DNA of 56,702 nt from IMG/VR virus record IMGVR_UViG_3300039668_000004, positions 1 to 56,702 of that record; one strand, written 5' to 3'. Positions 41,034 to 48,225 of the stretch are shown here, piece by piece. A program made the position numbers and the translations under genes. Below the pieces are notes generated by a model, which saw nothing but the letters and a program-made list of their open reading frames with translations, was not told the DNA's origin and searched no databases. Source of the DNA: a virus. Taxonomy: Duplodnaviria; Caudoviricetes. Each line of letters opens with the position of its first letter. The stretch's first letter is position 1.

Positions 41034-41598
41034 CGAAATCTTTTACTCGATTCAGGGCGAGGGCGCGCGCGCAGGCGAACCGTCAATCTTCATCCGGCTG
41101 GCGGGCTGCGATCTGGCGTGCTCGTTTTGCGACACCGAGTTTGAAAGCCAAGCGGTAATGTCGCTCGCTGCGATCAGCCAACACATCAGCGGCCGTCCCT
41201 GCAAATGGATTGTGTGGACGGGCGGCGAGCCAATGCTGCAGATCAACTATGAAATTGTCGAATTCTTCCACGCTGCCGGTTACAAACAGGCGATTGAAAG
41301 CAATGGCAATCACGCCATTCCGAAAACAATCGACTGGCGCGTGGTTAGTCCGAAGGTCGCAGAGCACGTCGTCAAACGGCACAATCCGGAAGGCGTCGAT
41401 GAACTGCGATACGTCCGACACAGCGGCCACATGGGAGTGCCTCAACCTGCGATCAGCGCGCAGTTTTATTACCTCTCACCGATCTTTAACGGCAACACGC
41501 CGGACGTTGCGAACGTGCGCCATTGCATGAAGCTGGCGATGGAAAATCCACCATGGCGACTGAGCCTCCAACTTCACAAGCTGCTCAACGTCCTGTAA
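41011..41598 (+). CDS. queE: 7-carboxy-7-deazaguanine synthase
   Basis: [40 protein letters not shown]. Confidence 0.95.
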   Translation: MEQSLKVNEIFYSIQGEGARAGEPSIFIRLAGCDLACSFCDTEFESQAVMSLAAISQHISGRPCKWIVWTGGEPMLQINYEIVEFFHAAGYKQAIESNGNHAIPKTIDWRVVSPKVAEHVVKRHNPEGVDELRYVRHSGHMGVPQPAISAQFYYLSPIFNGNTPDVANVRHCMKLAMENPPWRLSLQLHKLLNVL

Positions 41599-42431
41599 GG
41601 CGCGTCGATTGGCCGGAGGTGTTCGGGCGCATCATCGCGCGCATTCCCGCGCATCACGTTTACTACGGCATCCCACGCGGCGGCACGATGGTCGCGGGCC
41701 TCGCTGCAGCGCACGGCTACAGCGTGACCGCTGACCCTGCGAGCGCGACAGCCTTTCTCGACGACCGCATCGACAGCGGCGCGACCAAAGCGAAATGGCA
41801 GACAAACGGCAAACCGTTTTACGCGCTGTTCGACGCGGGCGCGGAGTGGCTTGAATTTCCGTGGGGCGCAGACATGGCGACAGACGCGGAGGATATCGTG
41901 CGGCGGCAACTGCAACTGATCGGCGAGGATCCAAACAGAGAAGGGCTGCGCGACACACCCGCGCGCGTGGTGCGATCATGGCAGGAACTTTTCGCAGGCT
42001 ACAAGCAGCAGGCCGACACGGTATTGAAGTGCGAGTTTGAAAAGGATGGTTACGATCAGATGATTGTCTGCCGCGACATTCAGTTTTACTCGACGTGCGA
42101 GCATCACCTTCAACCGTTCTTTGGCCGCGCGCACGTTGGCTACCTGCCGAACAAAAAGGTCGTCGGCTTATCGAAGCTGGCGCGGCTGGTTGACGTTTAC
42201 GCGCGCCGCCTGCAAATCCAAGAACGGCTGACAAAGCAGATCGCCGACGCACTCAACGCCGCGATCAAACCGTTGGGCGTGGCGGTGGTAATCGAAGCGC
42301 GGCACTTTTGCATGATCTGTCGCGGCGTCCAGAAACAGGAAAGCGGAATGGTGACATCAGCGATGCTCGGAGCGTTTCAAGAACCGGCACCGCGATCAGA
42401 GTTTTTCCGGCTGGTAAATCGTTCCGGTTGA
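41553..42431 (+). CDS. folE: GTP cyclohydrolase I with N-terminal type I phosphoribosyltransferase domain
   Basis: PRT part: [24 protein letters not shown]. FolE part: [42 protein letters not shown]. Confidence 0.93.
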   Translation: MATEPPTSQAAQRPVRRVDWPEVFGRIIARIPAHHVYYGIPRGGTMVAGLAAAHGYSVTADPASATAFLDDRIDSGATKAKWQTNGKPFYALFDAGAEWLEFPWGADMATDAEDIVRRQLQLIGEDPNREGLRDTPARVVRSWQELFAGYKQQADTVLKCEFEKDGYDQMIVCRDIQFYSTCEHHLQPFFGRAHVGYLPNKKVVGLSKLARLVDVYARRLQIQERLTKQIADALNAAIKPLGVAVVIEARHFCMICRGVQKQESGMVTSAMLGAFQEPAPRSEFFRLVNRSG

Positions 42432-42441
42432 AGGGCTGCTC

Positions 42442-42467
42442 AGCTTATCTTGAATTCATGATAAGCT
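42442..42467. repeat. 26-bp palindrome, copy 5 (right border of the modification cassette)
   Basis: AGCTTATCTTGAATTCATGATAAGCT; starts 10 bp after the folE stop codon. Confidence 0.95.
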
Positions 42468-42657
42468 GCTCCGGCGTCGCGCCTCTGCTGCGCTGCTCAG
42501 CGCGAGAGCGACCCAAAATCCGCTACACTATACAGTAAAGCGATCAGCGCGCGCGGAACCGAAGGCGCGTAAAACGAGGCGATTTACTTGGGCAAAGAAT
42601 TTAACCGCGTGCTGTAAAAGCCCGCAAATCGCTGCTTTACGCGACTGATAACTTTTC

Positions 42658-42686
42658 TTGCGCAACTTGCGCAGAATAATTACTTT
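42658..42686 (+). promoter_or_regulatory. Putative sigma70-like promoter for the ncRNA / early operon
   Basis: TTGCGC-N17-TACTTT within a locally AT-rich patch. Confidence 0.45.
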
Positions 42687-42692
42687 ATTGAT

Positions 42693-43516
42693 CGGGTTTA
42701 CATGCAGCGCAGAGGGAGGCGCGAGCAATCGTTATTTGAAATCAAGATCAGCAGAGCAGCAGCGCAGCGCAGATTTAAGCGCGCGCTGATCTGAGCAGCA
42801 GCGCGCAGCGCGCGATTGCAAGCATCGCAGATTACTCGGTGTGCTTGGTGCTCTTACGCTGATCATTCCAAATCAGATCGAAGGTTAATGGGTAAGCACT
42901 CTATCCGGAGAAAGTCCGTGAGTAAGGTCAGGAACAAACCGAACGCTGCGCTTGATTGCGCATGATGCTTGTAGGTCCTGAGCGACGAGGAAAACGCTGA
43001 GAGGTTCAATCGACAATTTGGAATCAATGAAAATCGAGTCAGCAATTTGAGCAGCAGCGCAGCGCGCGTCCTGAAAAACGCGCTGCGCTCTGCGGGCGAT
43101 CACCGAAAGGAGTCGTTAGCTGACGCTGCCAGTCGCATAGCAAAGCGCGCTGGTAATTGCATGATCGGGATACTTCGATGAGGCCAAGCGCAGATGTTTT
43201 TTCCACTGTGGGTTAGCACAGACGCCGACGATGGGCGGTAAGCTGCGCGATTGATCAAGGGTGATCGAGGCTGCTATGCGCTGCTGTTCTGAGCAGCGCG
43301 AGGCGATTCAGTTTTAGTGTTGAAGCTGATCGCAGCGCGCAATGGGGGACAGCGGATAGCACCAGCTAGGAATCACACCAATCGTCGCCAGCGCACAAAT
43401 TCGTCAGACGAACATCTGCCATGCTCGCCAGACCTTAGCGGTCGCAAATACAGAGCATGTTCAAAGTGCGGCGGGAGAAGTCGAAACGACCAAAGACCTA
43501 TTCGGGAATGGTCGTC
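42693..43516 (+). ncRNA. Candidate large structured non-coding RNA (about 820 nt)
   Basis: No credible ORF. Many nested long-range helices (42817-26/42964-73, 43038-43/43119-24, 43190-98/43411-19, 43226-32/43381-87) and a crossing 9-bp helix (42865-73/43016-24). Confidence 0.65.
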
Positions 43517-43556
43517 GCGCGAGGTTGATCGCTCGCGCCTGATGATGACAGATCAA
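43480..43556 (+). ncRNA. Type II hammerhead ribozyme
   Basis: GTC-GAA-ACGACC..GGTCGT-C-GCGCGAG-loop-CTCGCGC-CTGATGA-T-GAC. Loop I TTGATC is complementary to the 3' tail GATCAA. Confidence 0.85.
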
Positions 43557-43591
43557 AACCAAAACAGCAGACAATAAGAAACCAAAACACA

Positions 43592-44035
43592 ATGAGAAAA
43601 GTAAAGCAGACAGCAGCAGCAGTGAAATTGGCACAGCCAACCGATACGATGCCGTATTGCATCAAGCTACAAATCAGCGCGAAGGATTACCATGCGCTCG
43701 TCGAGCACTTCGCGACACCCGCGCATCTGCGCATGGGCAAGCCGTTGGTCGCAGTGAACGAGGTGTATTCCGCATATGGGTGGGAAGCAAACCTCAAAGC
43801 GTGCGCAGCGCAGCGCGCAGCAGCGCGCGGCAATGGCGGCAATGGCGGCACTCCGATTGCAGGCCAGCAAGGCAAGCAATCGGTAATCACGTTCGCCAAT
43901 CACGGCGGGCGCGAGCAAGCCGGATTGTTTCATAGCAAAGACGGCAAGCATCGCATCAACGTGCGCAAGGCGGGCAGCAGCGAGGTCATTTCAATCGCGC
44001 GCTGCACGATCATCCTCAATCCCGATAACCGATAA
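43592..44035 (+). CDS. Hypothetical protein
   Basis: 147-aa ORF after an A-rich leader; first gene downstream of the hammerhead. Confidence 0.6.
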   Translation: MRKVKQTAAAVKLAQPTDTMPYCIKLQISAKDYHALVEHFATPAHLRMGKPLVAVNEVYSAYGWEANLKACAAQRAAARGNGGNGGTPIAGQQGKQSVITFANHGGREQAGLFHSKDGKHRINVRKAGSSEVISIARCTIILNPDNR

Positions 44036-44067
44036 GGCAGCAGCAACAAGAAAGGAAACAGCAGACA

Positions 44068-44490
44068 ATGACAGCAGCAGCAAAACGAAAAGCAAATTGG
44101 AATGGCATGAATTGGATTCGGCAGGAGAAGCGGCTAGCGATCTACCTGCGCGACGCACTCGCTTGCGTCTATTGTGGCGCAGCAGTGGAGCAGGGCGCGG
44201 CTCTGCAGCTTGATCATGTAGTGCCCGTTGAGCAGCGCGGCGGCAATGGCGCTGAGAACTTGGCGACATCGTGCGACCGGTGCAATCAAGCGAAGGCTGA
44301 TCGCAACCTCGCAGAGTTCGTGCGAGCGACAGCGGCGTATCTGAACAATGGCATCCAAGCCATTGACATTCACAAGCATGTGCTCGCCTGCCTCAAGCGA
44401 CCGTTGGACATCGCGGCGGCGAAGGCACTGATCGCTCAGCGCGGCAGCGCAGCGCGCGTGCTGGCGGCGAGAAGATCGGAGGCGGTCTGA
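44068..44490 (+). CDS. HNH endonuclease
   Basis: RDALACVYCG..LDHVVP..GGN..ENLATSCDRCNQAK. Confidence 0.92.
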   Translation: MTAAAKRKANWNGMNWIRQEKRLAIYLRDALACVYCGAAVEQGAALQLDHVVPVEQRGGNGAENLATSCDRCNQAKADRNLAEFVRATAAYLNNGIQAIDIHKHVLACLKRPLDIAAAKALIAQRGSAARVLAARRSEAV

Positions 44491-46701
44491 TGGAGGCGCT
44501 TACCTACTACCAAGCCTATCAGGAAAAGCCATACTACATCGCGGTCTGCAAATATGGCTACGGTGTCGATCGAATTCCGGCGATGGCAATTCGGCTGGCG
44601 CAAACCGAGGTGCCGCAAACCTCGCGCCCTTCGCAGTTGCTGATTTATCGGGCGCTGGATTTCATCGAACCAATCGGCTTCGGCAAAGGCGGCGCGCAGT
44701 GGCCTAACGGCAGCAAACCAAAGCTGGTCGGCCTGACAACCACGCATCGCGGCTATCGCCAATCGCCGCGCTGATCAGGGGCTGGCAGAGCCCGCAGCGA
44801 CCCGCGCAATGGGTCGCTGTCGCTCTGCTCGCATGATGTGAGCAGACCTCAACGGGCGCGGGTGATGCGCCCAAAGTTAGAAAACCAAAAGAGAAAAACC
44901 ATAAGTATGAAAAACAGCAAGACCAAAAACAGCAGCAGCAAACCAGCAGTCAAATCAATCGCCAAGTCGGCGGTTAAAAAGCCAACCACCAAACCAGCGC
45001 CGAAGAAAAAAGCGGCAACGGCAAAGTCGGCGGTGCGCCCTCGCTTCACCATCTTTGGTGAGAAGTCGGCAACGTCGGTGGTTCGTGCGCTCGGCAAACT
45101 TAATTGGAAGCCAGCGGACGCAATCAAGGCAATGGGAAAGCTGGCGCCGAAACTCTCGGCGGTCGCAATTCGGAACTCGCTCTTCGTCGGTCGGCACGGA
45201 AAAGGTGCTGCGCCTGCGACGCTCGCGCGGACGGAATTGGCACAGCTGAAGCGGCTGGCGGCCTAATTCATCGGTCGTAGATAAGGAGCAGCGCGCTCGG
45301 CTGAGAGGCTGGGCGCGCTTGCCTTGTCGATGGTCGGCAGGAAACACAAGGAAGGAAAATGAGACAATGAAAGCAGCGATCAGGCAGAACGTGTATGGCA
45401 ATTGGTATGGCTACCTCGGCGGTCGCAAGGTGGAATGGTTCACCGGCAGCACGACCGAGCAGGAACTTGCAGCGCATGAGTGGTTGGAGCACAACCAATT
45501 CCCGCCCTGCGATTACTTCGTGCGGCGGCGCGGCGGTCTTGCTCGCTGCGGCGAAACATCGGTGGTCGTGATCAACGGTTACGCGCGATGCAGCGCGCAT
45601 CGAGGAGGCGACCAATGAGGCTGAGCAAACGGAGGCGACTGCGCAAGCTGCGGCGGTCGCTCGCAGTATGTCGCGCGCGCGAGACTGCCCGCGCTGCAGA
45701 GCAGCAGAGCAGAGAAGCAGCAGCATGGCACAGCGCGACGAGCACAGCGCAGAGACAATACAAACTGAGGACTTAAAACAAATGACAATGATTGAAAGTG
45801 AGATCGAATCGAAACTGGCGACGGTCGCAGATCGCGTCACGTTCACCAATCGCGCGGCGACCGCTGTGCTGGCCTATTACAGATCGCGGCCAGACCATGC
45901 GCTGTTCGCGCAGCGCGTAGCCGATGCGCTCGGAATTCCGCTGCAGCGATGCGACGAAATCCTGATCGACAGCGGCGACGATACCAAAGGTCGTTTCGTG
46001 TGGGCATCATTCCTGATTGACGATTACCGCAATCAGGCGGGCAAGCCGCGCGGCGTAGAGAAATTCCAGGCGGGGCTGACCTCGATTGGAGACCTGCTGG
46101 CGAAGGCAATCGCTGAGCAATGAGAACCAAACGTAAATATCCGCCCGTGGAGTCCGTTGCTGACTTTCGGGCGCGCATCGCTGCGCTTGTGCGCGGCAGC
46201 AGCAACACCGAACTGCCGCCAGTCAGGCGCTCGCATCCATGTGTGGTGCGGCGTCCGACTGATCGCGGCTACTATCCACCAACCAAGAAAGGAAAATGAA
46301 TGACACTGACACTTGATAAAAGCCACCTCGATCAATTCGAGAACATCGCGCCGCCTATGAAGGATGCGCTGACGCTGCCGGTATTGGGAACGCACGGCGT
46401 GTTAATTTACGTCTGTCGCAGCCCGTTCTCTGCGCACATGCCACAAGCAGCCAAGCGCGGCGACGTTCTGCGCGTGGCGCAGGCGTTGACGCTTGCCCTG
46501 ATCATGCTGGCAACCACCGCGTGGGCTGGCGACAATCGCAAGCATGAGCGCAGCAGCGCAGACTATATCCTGCGAAGGCAGGAGAGCGGTGCAGTCGAAG
46601 GCACTCCGAGCGTGCGCCGCATCATAGGCAAGCGGGAGATCGACGTTTACCGCAACGGTCTCATGTTTGAAAAAGATTCGGTCGTTGGCGTCGCCAAGTG
46701 A
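44490..46701 (+). other. Small hypothetical CDS (44490-44774; 44907-45266 Lys/Ala-rich; 45367-45618; ~45782-46123; 46300-46701)
   Basis: + strand ORFs, several with purine-rich leaders, separated by hairpins. Confidence 0.6.
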
Positions 46702-46785
46702 ACCGCGAAACCGTCCCGCGAGCGCGGGCGGTCAGTGAGGCGCAACCGGTTCGCGCCCTCGCTCTGATGAAGACAAAGCAACCGA
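46700..46785 (+). ncRNA. Second type II hammerhead-like motif (minimal stem II)
   Basis: C-GAA-ACCGTCCCGC..GCGGGCGGT-C-AGTGAGGCGC-loop-GCGCCCTCGCT-CTGATGA-A-G. Loop CGGTTC is complementary to the 5' flank GAACCG. Confidence 0.65.
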
Positions 46786-46810
46786 TTAGAAGAAAGGAAC
46801 ACAACCACCA

Positions 46811-47515
46811 ATGGCTAACAAAGTCATGAAGGTTCACCCGCTCTGCCAACAGTTCAGCCGCATGGCGCCGCTCCCTCCGAAGGAGCGCGCGGAAATGCAG
46901 GCGGACATCAAGGAGAACGGAATCAAAGTGCCGATCTTAATTGATCGCAAAAAGACAACCATCCTCGACGGTCTCACGCGCTGGAAAATGGCGCATGACC
47001 TCAACCTGAAACTGAAACCCGAAAACTTCGAGGTGTTTCAAGGCGAGGAAGCGGACATCGAAAAGGAAATCCTGTCGCGGAATTTATTTCGGCGGCACAT
47101 GGACGGCGATCAGCGCGTAGCAATCGTCAGCATGATCAGAGGCCCGCAGCTGGAACAGGAAGCGAAGGAGCGCCAGAGCACGGCTGGCAGCTTCAAGGGC
47201 AAAAAGAACGGCAAAGCCAAACCGGAAGTATCCGGCTCGGTGGCCGCGCACATTGCCAAGGAGGCAGGTGTCTCGCAGCATAAAGCGGAGCAAGCGGAGA
47301 AGGCGCGCAAGTCCGGCGTGCTCGGCGACGTTGTCGCTGGCAAGACCAAGCTGCGCAGCGCAGCAAAAAGCGCGGGCAAAAAGCCGCGCAAACCGAAAAA
47401 GGAAACTCCTTTCGAGGATCAGGTCTATAAAAAGTGGACACAGTTCATCAACCGATACGCGCCACCGGTTCGCCGCCGCGTGATGGACTTGATCAAAGGC
47501 TGGATTGGGAAGTAG
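46811..47515 (+). CDS. ParB-like N-terminal domain protein with HTH
   Basis: HPLC..MQADIKENGIKVPILI..ILDGLTRW, SRNLFRRHM, IAKEAGVS. Confidence 0.82.
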   Translation: MANKVMKVHPLCQQFSRMAPLPPKERAEMQADIKENGIKVPILIDRKKTTILDGLTRWKMAHDLNLKLKPENFEVFQGEEADIEKEILSRNLFRRHMDGDQRVAIVSMIRGPQLEQEAKERQSTAGSFKGKKNGKAKPEVSGSVAAHIAKEAGVSQHKAEQAEKARKSGVLGDVVAGKTKLRSAAKSAGKKPRKPKKETPFEDQVYKKWTQFINRYAPPVRRRVMDLIKGWIGK

Positions 47516-47533
47516 GAGCAGCAGGCGGGAGGA

Positions 47534-47559
47534 AGCTTATCATGAATTCATGATAAGCT
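47534..47559. repeat. 26-bp palindrome, copy 6 (perfect)
   Basis: AGCTTATCATGAATTCATGATAAGCT is fully self-complementary; starts 18 bp after the stop of the ParB-like gene. Confidence 0.95.
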
Positions 47560-47641
47560 GCTCCACCTCTGGCGGCGCGTTCAATCCGTGGCCGCCAGCA
47601 TGGAGCAAATCAACGCTCCGATTAACAACGAAAGGAACACA

Positions 47642-47926
47642 ATGACAACCAAAGATGGATTCGTAATCGAATGGAGCGCGGGCGTGGCGAGAGTCACCAA
47701 GTCAGTGAAGGACAGCGGCAACTTCGACGCTGATCTGCAGAAGGCGCGCGCGCTGCTCTGCCAGTTCAAGATGGGCGTGGGCAGCGAGTGGGGCTGTGAT
47801 GGCGTCGGCTACGACGTGCAGAAAAAGATCGGATTAGTGCGGGTCAATCGCTCAGGCGTGAGCAGCGCGAGTTATCAGGCGGGCTGCGCTGCGATCAGAG
47901 CGCATGAGGCGAAGGCAGCAGCATGA
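47642..47926 (+). CDS. Hypothetical protein
   Basis: AAAGGA RBS before ATG 47642. Confidence 0.6.
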   Translation: MTTKDGFVIEWSAGVARVTKSVKDSGNFDADLQKARALLCQFKMGVGSEWGCDGVGYDVQKKIGLVRVNRSGVSSASYQAGCAAIRAHEAKAAA

Positions 47927-48225
47927 AGGTCAACGAGCAAATGTGCGCCACCTGTCCGTGGCGCGAAGGCAGCCCGTATGCCTACCTCGCTGCCGATCTG
48001 GAACGAAGCGCGCTCAGCGAAGGCTCGCGCATCTGCCACAGCACCGGCAGCAACAACGCGATCAATGCGCGCACCGGCAAGCCGGAAGCGATCTGCCGTG
48101 GAGCGCGCGACGTTCAACTGCGCGTGCTGGCGGGGCTTGGCTTTTTGTCCGAGCCGACAGACAAAGCATGGGAGGAAAAGTGCGGGCAATTAGGAATCAA
48201 ACCAAATGAACGGCTTCGACATTGA
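47923..48225 (+). CDS. Cys/His-rich protein (DUF6283-like)
   Basis: CATCPWR..ICH..ICRGA. Confidence 0.5.
   Translation: MKVNEQMCATCPWREGSPYAYLAADLERSALSEGSRICHSTGSNNAINARTGKPEAICRGARDVQLRVLAGLGFLSEPTDKAWEEKCGQLGIKPNERLRH

Noticed and set aside
10829-41445. Long minus-strand ORFs (e.g. 10829-12541, 20623-22047, 23159-24877, 30602-32110)
   Set aside because: They are antisense shadows of well-supported + strand genes in GC-rich DNA, with no recognisable motifs.
42901-42920. GAGAAAGTCC resembling the RNase P GAGGAAAGUCC motif
   Set aside because: The match is imperfect and I found no complementary 3' P4 consensus.
42600-43470. Twister, pistol, group I/II intron or tmRNA matches within the ncRNA region
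   Set aside because: Only short partial motifs (e.g. GGTCCTGAGC, AAGCCCGCAAA). I could not assemble the required helices and pseudoknots, and saw no domain V, P7 or tRNA-like ends.
42863-43577. Short ORFs 42863-43045(-), 42885-43103(-) and 43317-43577(+)
   Set aside because: No convincing RBS or protein-like features; the last overlaps the hammerhead core.
47534-47559. Perfect palindrome as a protelomerase (telRL) site of a linear plasmid prophage
   Set aside because: No protelomerase gene was recognisable, and seven near-identical sites would fragment the genome.
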